Source: Azolla caroliniana (taxonomy: Eukaryota > Plantae > Polypodiophyta). Taken from it: a DNA stretch of 64,000 bases. The DNA lies in the NCBI GenBank assembly GCA_043228905.1, contig JBHGNT010000021.1, positions 2,108,001-2,172,000 of the forward strand. Reading direction: 5' to 3'. Under the pieces are notes generated by a model. The model saw nothing but the letters and a program-made list of their open reading frames with translations. It was not told where the DNA came from and searched no databases. Shown here piece by piece: positions 41,709-55,500 of this stretch (positions are counted from its first letter, which is position 1; each line of letters starts with the position of its first letter). The position numbers and the translations under genes were made by a program.

Positions 41709-44700
41709 TGTAAATAATTAGCTTGAGTAATTATGTTATGCGGAATGGATTAGAGGATGGCAGTATTTGTTGCATCTGCCGAGTACGATTTGACAAATTC
41801 TTTTCATTCATCATTGCCCTTGCTACTTTGAGGATGTGCCGATTCTTGCATTCGCCCTCTCCGTTCTATTGTGGTGTGTATCAACAGGTAAACTCTCTCT
41901 GAATTCCTTCTTTCCGAAGATAACCGAAAATTCGTCGAAGAAGTACTCTTTTTCCATCCAACCGAATGCATCTAACTTGATGACTTGTTTCCTTTTCGAC
42001 TCCATTTTTTAATTTTTGGAAGTGTGTAAACACTTCACTCTTTAGCCTCATGGGAAAGATCCATGTGTGCTTGGAGAAGTTGTCGAAAAAAGTGACATAA
42101 TATTGGCATCCTCTGAATGTTGTCGTTTGTGTTGGTCCCCATGTCACGTCTGAGTGGATCATATCTAGGAGGCCTTTGCTCACGTTTTTTTCTTTCAAGA
42201 ATGGGTGCCAATGTTGCTTGCTAAATTGCAAGCTTCACATACTCCTTCAATCTCTTTCTCTTTGAATGTAGGGAGTTCGATGACGACTCCTTTGATTACA
42301 TCCCCTTGAGCTTTTTGAGGTTGATATGACCGATTCTTTTATGTCATAGCTCTATATTGGTGTTGGTTTTATGGCCATTTGCAAACATGGCCAATTTTAC
42401 CTCGTTCAACTTGAGGATAAACGTTTGGCCTTCCCTTCGGCCACAAGCTATGAGTCGGCCTTCCTTCTCAATGAAGCAACCACCTTGGTTGCCTTGCTCA
42501 ACAATTTGGCTGATCGAGACCAAATTCTTCGTTATGGTTTGTACATGTAAGACATTTTTTATGCAAGTTTATTCGCCTTCTTCCCAAAGGGGACATTGCC
42601 GACATGTTGAATCGGATGTGTAGTGTCATCTCCGGTCTCAACATAGCCAGGTTGATCCGGCTCTCGTCGGTCTTGAAACCATTCTTAATGTGACATTATA
42701 TGGTTTGATGCGTTAGAGTCAACAAACCATACATCTTCCAGATTAGAGGTGTTGATTGGGTCGGAGGCTGACATAGAGTTCGCTCTATGTCTCATTACGA
42801 ATAATCCACCATAGTCGTCTTCCAGATTATAGGTATTGGTCGGGTCGGAGGCTGACATAGAGTATTCGGAGTTGGTGACATAATTGGTGAGTTGTCAGCT
42901 TATAGAAGTCGAGTCACTCTTCTTCAAATTTCGACACTCCTCTTCATGGTCACGACTGATTTTGCCATAATATCCACATTTGATGGGGTTATTTTGTCGT
43001 CTTGGACCAGCATGGAAGCTCCCTCTTCTTTCGAACTTTTGAGAATCAAGCTCAACATAATGCAACGTGTGAACACACCTTTTAAGAATCTATGATTACT
43101 CAAAGGTCAAGAGTCACACCACTACTCTCTACACATTAACTATGTGTCATAGAATCATATTCTATGACACATAACTAATGAGTTACATATTCCCCATGAT
43201 TATGAGTCTTCACATTCCCCAAGAGAGAGAGTGGTTGTTGTAAAGTTAATGAAGAGAGAGGGTGACTCTATATAAAGCACCCTCCTCATACTTCATATTA
43301 TTATGCTACATTTTGTAATTCTTATTCTACTTGTGAAATATACACCTTCTTCTTAAGTATTCGTTTTTTCTATTTATCTTGTGTTCTCTCATCTCTCCTC
43401 TAATTCCTCTCACACATACACATAACACACATCTTTTCCGCTACACAAGAATCACCATCGGTTCTTTACACGAATGTTCCTCTTGAGTTTCCACCATCTT
43501 GTTGGTAATGAGAGTTTTTTTCATGAGTCGAAGCTCGTCCGTCTCGTCCTTGACTGAATCGGCCTCTTCTTGCACGGTCACGTCCTCTTCCTCCGTCCGA
43601 GTGTGTGTAGAGCATGGGTCCTTCCGAGGCATTGCTCCTTGTTTGAACATGGTTTTCTTCAACCAACAACATTGATTGAAGATCGACGAAAGAGGGAGGA
43701 TTCTCTCTTGTTAGGACGATAGTTCTCATTGCGTTGAACCATGGTGCAAGTCCGCCTAGGCATATTGGCACCATCTCATCATCCTCCACATTAACGCTTA
43801 TTGAGCCAAGTGAATCACAAAGTTCCTTGATCTTCAAGGTGTAGTTTGTGATGGACATGTCCCTTTGTTGGATGTTGTTCAACTCTTAGTAGAGTTGAAG
43901 CTTTCTTGCGGTTGTGTTGGCCACGAAAATCTTCCTCTGATTCTCCCACGCTTCCTTCGGCGTCTTGGATTCTCGAATGTAGCCGAGCATGTGGTCATGG
44001 ACACATGTCGTCAAGCAATACATTACTCGACTAGCCGCTTGCTCCCATGTTGAGTAGTCGGCGTCCTTTGGGTCGGGTTTGTTTTCTTGAGCTCCTTTGA
44101 TGTAGTTCCAATAACCTTGGCCGACAAGGTATTGGTGCATCTTGTACTCCCAATATGCAAAGTTGTTTCGGTCCAACTTCTCGTTAGGGAGAGAGCTACC
44201 CATTTGAGTATTCATTATGTGGATAAAGATTTCCTTCTTCTTCTTCTTTCTTAGACACGAGCTATGTAGTGGCACTATGAAGTGGATAGTCGGATATGTC
44301 GTCGGCGTATTAAACATACAATCATTATGAGTCGGGTGAGCTTAGTGGATATGTTAAACCACGCGCTCTGATACCATGTAAATAATTAGCTAGAGTAATT
44401 ATGTTATGCTGAATATATTAGAGATGTGTGTGTCAAAGAGGAGAGAAGAGTCACAAGATAGATAGGAAAATAAAAAGACTCAAATGTATATTAACAAGGA
44501 GTAAGAAATACAATAGAAAACAACTAAGTACAAAAGAGGGAGAGAGGTGCTTTATATAAAGTCACCCTCTCTCTACATTCTCTCACTAAAGCTCATGTGT
44601 CATGGGGAATGTGGAAACTCATTAGTTATGTGTCATAGAATATGATTCTATGACACATAATTAATGTTGTAGAGTTAGTGGTGACCTTTGACCTTTTAGT

Positions 44701-44761
44701 GCTTATAAATTCTCAAATGGTGTGTTCCCACATTAGGCTAGGTTGAGTTTGATTCTCAACA
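41709..44761 (-). mobile_element. Old, internally deleted Ty1/Copia
   Basis: 5' LTR 44377-44761; tRNA-iMet PBS TGGTATCAGAGC at 44365-44376; gag (EKLDRNNFAYWEYKM) ~43466-44317; IN remnants (IHSDVTWGP, YYVTFFDNFS) ~41760-42300. Only ~47 bp of the 3' LTR (41709-41755) remain; RT/RH absent. Confidence 0.85.
43038..43470 (+). repeat. Solo LTR of a related Copia family, inserted antisense in the gag region
   Basis: Aligns with the reverse complement of 44377-44761; ends TTTACA; flanked by CGAAC/CGAAT (1 mismatch). Confidence 0.75.
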
Positions 44762-45546
44762 ATATAGCATCACCAGTGCATGAGTCGTTGCACTTACAGG
44801 TCCGTCGCCTAAATGATTAGGCAATAATGATAATAACTCCCACGTAAACTAGTCTCTACCTCTTCCCAATTAATGGGGACCAAGTAGATAGAATCTTAAA
44901 TCTATTGGAGTTTCAATTCCTAGTATTTGAACTAGGAACACCTGGAAGAGAAACAAACATTGTTGGGGTTGTAGCATCTACTAGGTAGTTACATAGCATT
45001 TGCGTTTCAAAACAAGTCACACACTCCTATAATCCAATTTTTCTTCAACACTTCAATATGTTTATCCCTAAATTCTAATCTTGAGGGATATAAGGTGTAG
45101 AACTAGAATTCTAAGTAGATTGTTGTTTATCGAAGGTTCAAATCCCTCTCTTTCCTTTTGAAGCCATTAATTTTCCACATTCCTTCAATGTGGCATTAAC
45201 CATAACCGAAACCATCCCGGTGACAAGAAAGGGCTCCTAAGTTGGGAATACATCACTCAAACAATAGCCTTGATGTGGAAAAAACTACTTCTACCTCTTA
45301 TTAATATAATTCCTCTTAACACTTGAATATTATATCAAACAAAAAGCTTAAGAAAATACATGAACTACAAGTGGCTATTCCCTTTTTTCGATAAAAGTTT
45401 GTAACGCTTTGCCTAGGACCACATGCCTTGTTTTTGACATTGTAAGTACTAAGGATAGAAAAGTATCACCATCATCTCTCTTATTCTTTGCCTTGGTACA
45501 AACAATTCTCAGTTTCATATAATATGTACTGGAGAGCAATTCACGT

Positions 45547-46345
45547 TGTCGTGAAAAATCCGTCACTACCTGCGGATCGTGAGGCGGAGCCGCCGGGGTT
45601 CTGGATCAGAAGGATTCGAAGTTGGTAGTAGCTTTAGCGAGAAAGTATTTAAGATAGATTGAAAGAGAGAGAGATTGAGATAAGATAGAACGCTTGACTT
45701 TAGATTGAGAGAGATTAAGATTGATCCCTTGACTTTAGATTTGAAGAACAAGATATATAATCAATTGGATAACGAATTTTCTTCTTATTAAATTCTTGAT
45801 TCATACATCAATCCCCTTTTGATCTTTTTCAACCACTCTTTTATAGACGCCCCCATGCATATGATGCATGTGAGGGTACAAGACATGCATACAATGCATG
45901 GAATGCATGTGATGTATGTTTGTCATTTGGCGCTCATGCATTACATGTGATGCATGATAACCATGTCACTCAATCAAGCTCTAATATGAGAATTTACATA
46001 TAAAATTATACTGATAGGAAAAACATTTCTAAGGAAATGACTTAGTTTAGTGGTAAGTCTATTGCCTCCTATCTTGGAGGTGCAAGGTTCAAGCCTTGCT
46101 TGCATCCCTTTGTATACAAACTTTTACTAGGTTTTTTAGTCTAGATATTTTGTTCGTTTCACACCGAAATCGTCGTGATCAACCTATCCGATCTATCCGG
46201 TCCGGTTTCGGTGCCGGTGTCGTCCCCGCCCGGTTCCGGTTTTGATTCCGTCGTCGTCCGGTTCCGGTTCCGGTTCTGTTGTCGTTCGTTCGGTTTCGGT
46301 TCCATCGCCGGTTTTGTCGTTGTCCGGTCACCCAAAACCATTACA
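45547..46345. repeat. LTR-like segment with an embedded tRNA-like sequence
   Basis: Begins TGTCGTGAA and has GGCGGAGCCGCCGGGGTTCTGGA, resembling LTR ends of A/C/D; GC-rich CCGGTT repeats at 46195-46330; no TSD found. Confidence 0.4.
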
Positions 46346-49300
46346 AGTAGTTAAGCCACAGTTTAGCACCAAGAACATTTTGTGCTCCACTCATAGACAA
46401 AAAGTAATAAGTTCTGGCTCTACTTATATATTGTGGGATCCTTATTTGTCATATCTATGTGGGATATCTCACAGTTTTGTTTTTCTCTTTTCTTCTCAAA
46501 CTTCACACTCACATAACTTGACACTAAGTTGTCCATTTCACATGTAGTAAAATGCATTCGGAAGCTCTTGAAGACATCCATCTTTTCGTACCAAGATATA
46601 AAATAATATCTTCATTATTATTGTTTCATGTTGTGTGTGAAGAACCACACTCGATTTTGTACATTCCATGCAATTTTCACACCGTTGCCAAAAATCTTCA
46701 CAACAACGTAGTTCATAATTCATATGTTCATACAAACATGATGTTGTTGTCCTAGGATAATACTAGAAATATGTACACATTGCATAAATTTAACTATCAA
46801 ATTGAAATGTGGATTAATCAAGAGATCATGCATCACATTGTGCTTTGCACATAATTTCTGGTTAAAGGTTTGGTATTTTTTGTTATAATTTTTTTTCTTT
46901 GGTTCAAGATTCACATAAAACCCCCACAAAGAATATTTATAGCATATCATATCATAAACATAAAAAATAGGGCATAGATATGCCCAACATGTCATGAGAG
47001 GCTTATGTGGATCATTGAAGGGAAAGGTAAATAATGGATGGCTTAAAATTGTCTTAATTGTTGATACTCCATGTTACCATTTGGCCTCGTATTGGTATCA
47101 TAAGAAAAAGTATAATTGACTAAATGATTGCCATACCTTTCAATCTGAATAATTAACGCATATTTGTACATTCATGAAAATGAGATAGTTGACATTTGTT
47201 TCACATAAATGATTGCGTTACACTTCTATCAAAATTATTGGCATCTATAGTGATTATTCTTATCAATAGTCCATAACCAATTCAAGGATCTCAAGAGTAG
47301 ATAATGACATCAAGAAATTGAAGCTTTTATTCCATACAACTACCCTACTAGCCCCTATACGATTTGTATGAGAGAGAGGTGAAAATGCCTATTGTCTGAT
47401 TTATTATTAAACAAAAAATGTGATTCACTATGGGGTTGATCAAGCTTGTTGTAAGACATGTTGTATATTTCAGTAGAAGGCCATTGATTGCGTGTGTTAT
47501 GGAGTGCTAAATAATATCATGAAGTGTGATTACACAATCTTTTTTTTATCGAAAATCATTGTAGCATCCATGATGAGTTTTATGCTCTTCTAAAGGGGAA
47601 GTGTCAACAATTATTGGATGCGCATGGTGTGTTCCCTTGAAAGGATATAACAAATCAACATGAAGGAAGTTTTGAAGATTACAATGAGCCAAAAACCACC
47701 ACATAAAAAATTGTATCGTGAACACAATAATGATGCAAACTTATTTGTTGCATAAAACTTAGAAGCTAATTTAATTATAAGATGCTTAAAAACACAATTT
47801 AGGACCTTGCTTCTCAATTTGAAGCCAAACAATTTGTCAACCACAAACTATCCATGAAAGGATGTGTGCCCAAGTTTCTTAATTTAGTGAACTAGAGCTA
47901 GTTGAATGCCTCATGAACATCAAACAAAGTTGTACGATGTTTCCATGCAATTTCATGAGATGTAGGAAGTTGATCAACAAAACTAACTAAAGGTGTAGTA
48001 CACTTGTGATTGTGAACAACTCAAAAGGTGTCTTGCATGTGTATATATAGGGTGTTGTTATAAACAAGTGACTTTTTTCCATGACATAAATGTATAATAA
48101 ATGTATGTGTCAATGCATAAATATATTGACGGTCGATTATTATTATAAAAATATTAGAAAAAAGGGGACAATCCACTTTTCCTTCGTTAACATAGGGTTT
48201 TCAAAACTTTTCAAACTAAGCATCTCAAAATAATAGTGCGCTTTAGACACAATTTTGATAAACATATGATTGTGTGAGTAACCTCATGGAAAACAAGTAT
48301 TATCTAATCCATGTCAAACTATTATGTATTTATGGAGTGACACATGAACTACAAATGTGTTTACAATATTAATTTGTAATAAAATCAAGAAGTGTCAAGC
48401 ATTTGAAGTGATAACGTTGGGGCATATTTAATAACAAAGCATGTGCATATTTGAAACATTGATATGCAAAAGTACTTGGTTATGTGTGGTTAATCTCATT
48501 TATAAATTAAGAGGTGTCAACCCTCCATTTATATATTGCACATCTACAAACTTCGATGTAGCAATGTGCATCTTTAGTTATATTACATTTTTCATCGAAT
48601 TTTGGGTGAAACGGGCTAAACATGTTGGTTGCAGGTGTGATGGAATCCATAGCTTTATAGGATATAATATAGTGGCCCCATGGATAAGGATATGGGTCAT
48701 CGGTAATTACATGGAACTCTCAACGGGAACCAATAATTATAGAGAGGAGAGAGAAACAATAATCCTCACATACATTTTCAATTAACAAGAATAAACAACT
48801 AGAAAATGTCAACATATGTTGGCATACCAATTAAAGCTTGCTAAAAAGTAGTTCATGCATGGAAAAACAACTAGAAAATGAAGGCATACATATATTGACA
48901 TATCACTTAATGCTTACATCTTACCAAAAGTAGCTTGTACCTTAGAAAAAGAGCATTGCTTGTACAAACACACCAATAAATTCACTATCAAAATTTCATT
49001 TAAAGTGTGCCATAAATTTCTATTTTTTCTGTCATTTTTATTGTGACATAAGGAAAATCTCTTAGCATAATAAGAGAAATCGTGCAATATGTGTTGGTCC
49101 ATAGTTATTACTTTCCTTGCAACAACAATGCTTTAGGTTTTGTGATACAAGCAATGCTAATCCACCTTAATCATATTTGAATTTGGAACAATGGAACCAA
49201 TGATATTTCCATGAACATTTAGTCAATTTTTAAGCATGTAAGCCTACTTAACCACGTACACACATTCAGTCGTTTAATGAAATCTTTGTGTAAAATATAG

Positions 49301-51049
49301 GCACTTGTGCACATATATCTAAATATAGATAACGAATGCAATGATTAACAAATAAAAGTGTTGATTTGATTCACAACTATTTCCTCTAAACCAATAAGGA
49401 TCGCAAGCATTATGTATCTCTTATTCTACATGGAAGAATCCAAGCACGTGGTACTTAATGAGGGACAACAAAGGCATGTTATGCTAAATTCAAAACATAA
49501 CATTCGAAAGGTCAGAAAATTAATGATCCATATGCTTCAACATAAGACCTCTAGAAAATATAAGAAAATTAGACTATCTTGATACCTTAGGTGTCAAGCG
49601 AAGGATCTTTGATGTTAGGAATCTAAGAAAGTCAACAAGCAATGATTAGTAAATTTGAAGTGGATGATCTCTAACAATGATAAATTTTGTTCTATCATTG
49701 GAATAATCTTGAATTTTTTATTTGGGGAAAGATTCATTATTAAACATTGCCATGCCAATGGAGTATTTAGACATAACCATGGTTTATATTAGTTTGATTG
49801 GTGCAAATGAGTGATGATGAGATAATTGTTACATGGACAGAATCCAAATGGGAGAATGTGCAATCTTTGTACTTACGCATCAATATTCATTTGCCCATAG
49901 TTTATTACTGATAGTTTTAAAAATGATGATAAGAAAGGTATCTAATCTTCATAATATCAAAAACCTAAGAAACAACTGAGTTATAAGCTTCGAATTTAAG
50001 CCCATCAATGTCTAATGAGACATTAAGTCATTCTCGATTCACTTTCACTCTTTGGTATTGTGGACAATGTTAAAATTTCGAAGTTTTTTAGAAGAAAATT
50101 TAGAAATTTGACTCATGTAATATTTGTTTTTCCGTGTGGTTAATATGTTTATTTTGTTTGATTGATGTAGGTCAATGATGATGCTTGAGGTAAGATGTCG
50201 ACAAAATCCACTCGAGAGAATGTATGACCCTTCAATTGTAACCTTCCATGATTGGTTATTGACCTTATTAATTATAGTTCAGAGGTTGAATCATTGGTGG
50301 TTTTGAATATTGGATAAGTTCGACTAGCTTGGGGGCAAGGGCGAAGCAGGGGACCATAACCATGAGCCCACCATCTCATATTTCCCCACTTCTTAATTCA
50401 TTGGAATCCACCTATAGGGGGTCACCCGTTCAGGTGAACAATAAGGAAATATGTTGTCAATATTCGTGTAAATTTGGTCATTTTTTGTACTTATATATCC
50501 GTGGGTTGCGATTAAAAACGGTTTGAAAACACTTTCTTGTTGTATGATGAATGAAGGTCGCAGAAAATACACTAACATGATCAAATGCAAATATTGGATT
50601 TCAAATACTTAATAGCTACCTATCAACTGGGAAAACGAAGAGGACTTTGGCAAGGTTCATGGGCAAGGACGCTCTACAAAAGACCCAAAGTGAAGGGGAG
50701 TGAGATGATGATAGAAAAATGAGATCCAATTGTTATTATTTATCATAAAATCCTAATCATGCTGGAACACGGTAAATTGCACGCCCGTCACCTCTTTGGG
50801 AAAGACAATAGATGTTACAAGACTGACAATGCGGAGAGCCACGTGATGAATGTTAGATGGGAGCTTTCTAAAGAATGGCTTTGAGAATCCATCGTGGTAC
50901 CATGATGCCACCCACACGAGAAATGGGGAAGGGCCATCCCACATGTCAGGAGACTAATAACACGGGTTTACACTTGTCCATTCTCTTTCATAAAGACGTC
51001 ACAGCAAGGGTGCACGCACGTGAAGCACCCGAAACACGCACAACATTAA

Positions 51050-51377
51050 GAAGTCTGGATGGGTTTGGGTCAGGTCGTCACATAGACACAATGAGATATA
51101 TATATAGTCATGCGACCAAGTAGGTATCTATGAGGACAAAGATGGAACGTGCGAAGCGACTATGAAGAATGAATGGACCAATGATTGATCCAATTGACAA
51201 TGATTGGAAGGGTAGAAGTCTGGATGGGTTCGGGTCAGGTTGTGAGTCGTGACACGGTGATATATGTATAGTCATGCGACCAAGCGAGAGTATCTGTCGG
51301 GACAGATATGGAATGGGCGAGCGACTACGAAGAATGAATGGACCAATGATTGATCCAACTAACAATGAATGATTGGA
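51050..51377 (+). repeat. ~160-bp tandem duplication upstream of NF-YA with CCAAT boxes
   Basis: Copies at 51050-51208 and 51214-51377, each AGAAGTCTGGATGGGTT..GAATGAATGGACCAATGATTGATCCAA..ATTGGA. Confidence 0.85.
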
Positions 51378-51411
51378 CTCACATTCATTTGTTTGTTTGT
51401 TTGTAATTTGT

Positions 51412-51466
51412 TAGAGAGAGAGAGAGTGTGTGTGTGTGTGTGAGAATTGGGTTTTCATTCCATATT

Positions 51467-51497
<31 letters not shown>

Positions 51498-51517
51498 ATT
51501 GGGTTTTCATTACATAT

Positions 51518-51574
<57 letters not shown>

Positions 51575-51638
51575 GGGGTTTCATTCCTAATACCAAATAT
51601 CGGTGATGGGTTCAATTCCCATCTCTCTCATTCTCTCT

Positions 51639-51673
<35 letters not shown>

Positions 51674-51778
51674 TCTCTCTCATTCTCTCTGTTCCAGACC
51701 TCTCTTTCCCACTCTCTCTCCATAGATACCGAGGATATACTAACCTCCATCGAATCTTAGCCCTAACCTCCCTCTGTA

Positions 51779-51826
<48 letters not shown>

Positions 51827-52090
51827 CTCTCCCAAGGATATGGAAGAACAAGAAGAGAAGGAAGGAACAGAGGAAGGATCAAGCTCTGGCATCCTTCCCA
51901 TCCCTTCTCTTACTCCTCCTACCGTTCAAATAGGTGTTCCCTGGTGTGGCTCCCTCTACTTTTCTCAGTCCCCTGCTCCTGCCGCTGTTGTGAATCCATT
52001 GGGTTTTGTCCATTCTGTCTCTGATCTACACCAAGGTGAGATATTTGTTTCCATTGGGTTGTGTTCATTCCCTCTCTGAACTACACCCAA

Positions 52091-52146
<56 letters not shown>
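51412..52146. repeat. GA/CT microsatellite cluster around the NF-YA 5' end
   Basis: (GA)n at 51412-51571, (CT)n at 51620-51822, (GA)n at 52094-52147. Confidence 0.95.
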
Positions 52147-52151
<5 letters not shown>

Positions 52152-52463
52152 TGCCGTGTTGTTTCGTTTGTTGAGATACAACAACAAAAAAAGGAAGGAA
52201 AGAAGAGAATGCAAAAAAGATGAACTGGAAAAATCCGAGCTACTTGCGTAATTTCTCTGTAATTCTGGATCTTCCATGAGTTAAAACGAGCGTAGAGCAT
52301 AATGCTGAGTGTTGTTCTCTGGTGATGATTTAGCTCATGGTAGGGGGGGGGGGGGATCTTGATACCAAACCTTCTAGGAATTTATGAGAAACTAAATCTG
52401 CCTAATGCTAACCTCATACGCAGAATCATTGTCAAATTGGCACGTTTCTTTATGGAGTTGAGG

Positions 52464-52515
<52 letters not shown>

Positions 52516-55500
52516 CCTGTTATGTCTGGATGTGAGCTTGTCCATTGGTCATCCACTGCCCACAGCCATTTTTCTCAATATCAACTAGTTAATGTGACTG
52601 CAATAGTAATGAAAACCTTAGATCTATATTTTAGCTGTATAGTTCCCAATGTGGCTAAGTAACACTAGGGTACCATTGCTTTGGTCTTATTCATGTTGAT
52701 TCCTAGGCCGCGAAGCTCACCAAAGTTATGCACAATATCTAACAGATTTTTGCAGTCTCAACATCAAAGATGCGGAAACTACAACATCACCTGCATAAAA
52801 TCAGGAGCAATGCTGTGAAATTCCCAAATAGGTGGTTTTTCCTCACGTTTTCTGAAGTCTTATTGGATGAATTCTTATACTTGCTCAATAACACAGAACA
52901 AAAGGTGGCTCATAGAGGGCATCTTTCGTTCACTCTCAGAGTGCTTGTGAATTCTCTAGAAAACCCTTCACCTATCTTCCAACACCCATCATAATTATTG
53001 GTATACCATAGATTGCACATGTGTAGCATTGAATGTTTTTCTGTTCTTTCCTATAACTTTGCCCTTGGGATTGTTTCTTGAAATCTTTCTTGACATCTAG
53101 AGAACAACATCCCAATGGTTGTCTTTTAAGCAGACCCTCCTCTATTATAGGCTGCAGAAAAACAAGATGATCTATAATCCATAGCTCTCATCCTGTGTTT
53201 TTGGCCCATTCACTTAATTTATATTAACTGTATAGCCATACAAGGACCTGCCATAATCGTGGAATAGTTGGCAAGGTTTTTCTATTCCTGCCTTTAATAG
53301 TGACTCTATCCACCTATCCTACCAATCCTGAGGAAATCCTTTATCCATTTCCTGATTTAATAATGCACGTGTCCATCTGTTGGCCACTGACCCAGTGCAT
53401 TTTTAGCATTTTTGAGCATACTCTTCAGCATTTTGGCTTTTCTTTACCCTATTATACTCAAACGATTCCCATGTGCCTTAAGGGAAACTGTTGTTCATGA
53501 GCATTTTGTCTTGTGTGTATAATTGTTCCACATTTGTCAAGATCTCAACCAATAACAAAGTGTTTCGTGATAGATCTCTATACCCCTTTTTTGGTCTTTT
53601 TAAGATGTAATGTGTCTTGTGTCTCTTTGTGGATTTCAAACTCTCTTCATTTATTCCTTTTGTGGAGATTGATCTTTTGTTACGTGTATCCATCATCCAT
53701 ACAACACGTGATTCTTGGCTAGCATTAAGTTTGCATTTATGTGATTACCATTCGTCATCAAACCATAAATTATGGCCTTTTATAAGTGCTTTCTATGCTA
53801 ATGCCCAATGTGTGTTCTGTAGCCTAACAGGATACATTGTCTAAAAAAGGATTATGCATTCTCAATATTGTTTAGACAACACATGAGCAATTCTTCTGAT
53901 GTGCCAGCATAAGTATTTTGTTTTGTCATTTCATTTGATATGACCAATCTGAGGTCTGTGTTGGTTTGGCTTCACTTGCTGTGACAATTATAACCTTACA
54001 GGCATGGGCATATGATTTGAACTTCGAAGTTGGAGATATATCCCCAACTTTAAAGCTCCATACCAAATTCAAGGCATTGTATTTGACTTGTACATAGTCC
54101 ATGCCACTAGCTGCCTTTTCATCACACACATACACGCAGATTTTTAACGTCCACAGAAGACCAATTGCAATCTATGAGATAAGGCCTAGCCCATGGCAAG
54201 GATCAAACTTGGGTTCTCTTAATTTTATGACTTTTGATGCAATGTTATAAACGACCAAGCTGAGAGAGAGAGAGAGAAAGAAAGAAAGAAATATTAACGT
54301 CTTTTATGAGGCCAAAATGGCCTATAAGACCAAACAAGAGATTACATCTTAAATGTTGTCTCGTCTTTGAGAACAACAAATAAAAATAAAAATAAATATT
54401 ACTCAGCAAATATAAAAGTAAATAAGATAAACAGAGACGAGGGAATCTGGTTTTCAGCACATGTGAGATTCTCAAGTTATAGAGAGAGAGAGAGTGCAAA
54501 CAAAATATTCCGAGCCTTTGATATCTCCTTCACATAATTTGCAAAATCTAAGGTATGAGAAATGCTCAGTTTACCTTGATCTCTAGTTGGCGGGAGGAAA
54601 CTTTAAATTGGCCTATTGCTTTGCAAGTAGTGTGTGGACGTCCATATATCTCAGTCCTTGCATGAATCCTTCCTGTGAGAAGTTCACAAAATGATCTTTG
54701 TAGTAGGCAATATTGGGGGAAGAGGTTACCTTGGTGTAATCCAAGACTTTTGGGTGATAGAGTTGCCATAGATCTTGTCACATTACCTTATTCAGTTCAC
54801 AATTTTGGAGGTGGACAATATTGAAAGGGTGGAAAGGTCTTAATGTCGAAGCCATTGTTGTTGAACCACTTCATTATCTATGCGTACAATGATCCTTTTG
54901 TGTGCTCTATAATCACTAATTGCTTCAATGGTTCAAATTCCTAATGTATAATTCTTGAGGTGGCATGGTTAAAATCTATTTGATGAGGTTCAAAGTTGGG
55001 GAAAATGCTTCTACCATCAGGGGGGTTGCTGCCAATTCAGCATAGGTGATTACATGTGGGGTGGATGCTAGCACAGGTTGAACTGCATATCCTTGAGTGA
55101 TTCAAACCTTGGTGACTTGGGTCATGGAGAAATGTGTCTCCTTGATATATTATGAATCAACTTCTTCAACTTCCCCCTGATAGGATGAAGACAGTTTGTC
55201 TGTGATTCAGTGTGAATGTATTGAAGATCATGGTTCTATGCTTTTCTTGGTCTACCATGAGCTCTTTTACAGGGCAAAAACCATCTAAAGCATTGAGATG
55301 ATGTTATAGACCTGCGTGATATTTAGACACCAAGAGTATATTATTAGCATAAAGAAGAATTTGGATGGTTTGCGTAATATGTCAATTTCCTCACTACTTC
55401 CATGTGTGACGTAGTCCACTACCTCGTTGATGTATATCAGAAGAGGGTAGGGGAGAGTGGATATCCTTAGTTGAAGCAAATGATGCATGTGATTAGTCCC

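Noticed and set aside
42734-42863. 46-bp direct repeat in the Copia gag-PR region
   Set aside because: Simple internal duplication in a dead element.
41704-44766. TSD for the minus-strand Copia (GTAGA vs ATATA)
   Set aside because: Only 3 of 5 match; cannot be claimed.
45543-46350. Solo LTR as a fourth CpG-centred insertion
   Set aside because: ACGT precedes the TG start but no matching TSD or family-type right end was found; not counted as firm evidence.
46400-50700. Possible decayed DNA transposon in the AT-rich stretch
   Set aside because: No convincing transposase motif, TIR or TSD by eye.
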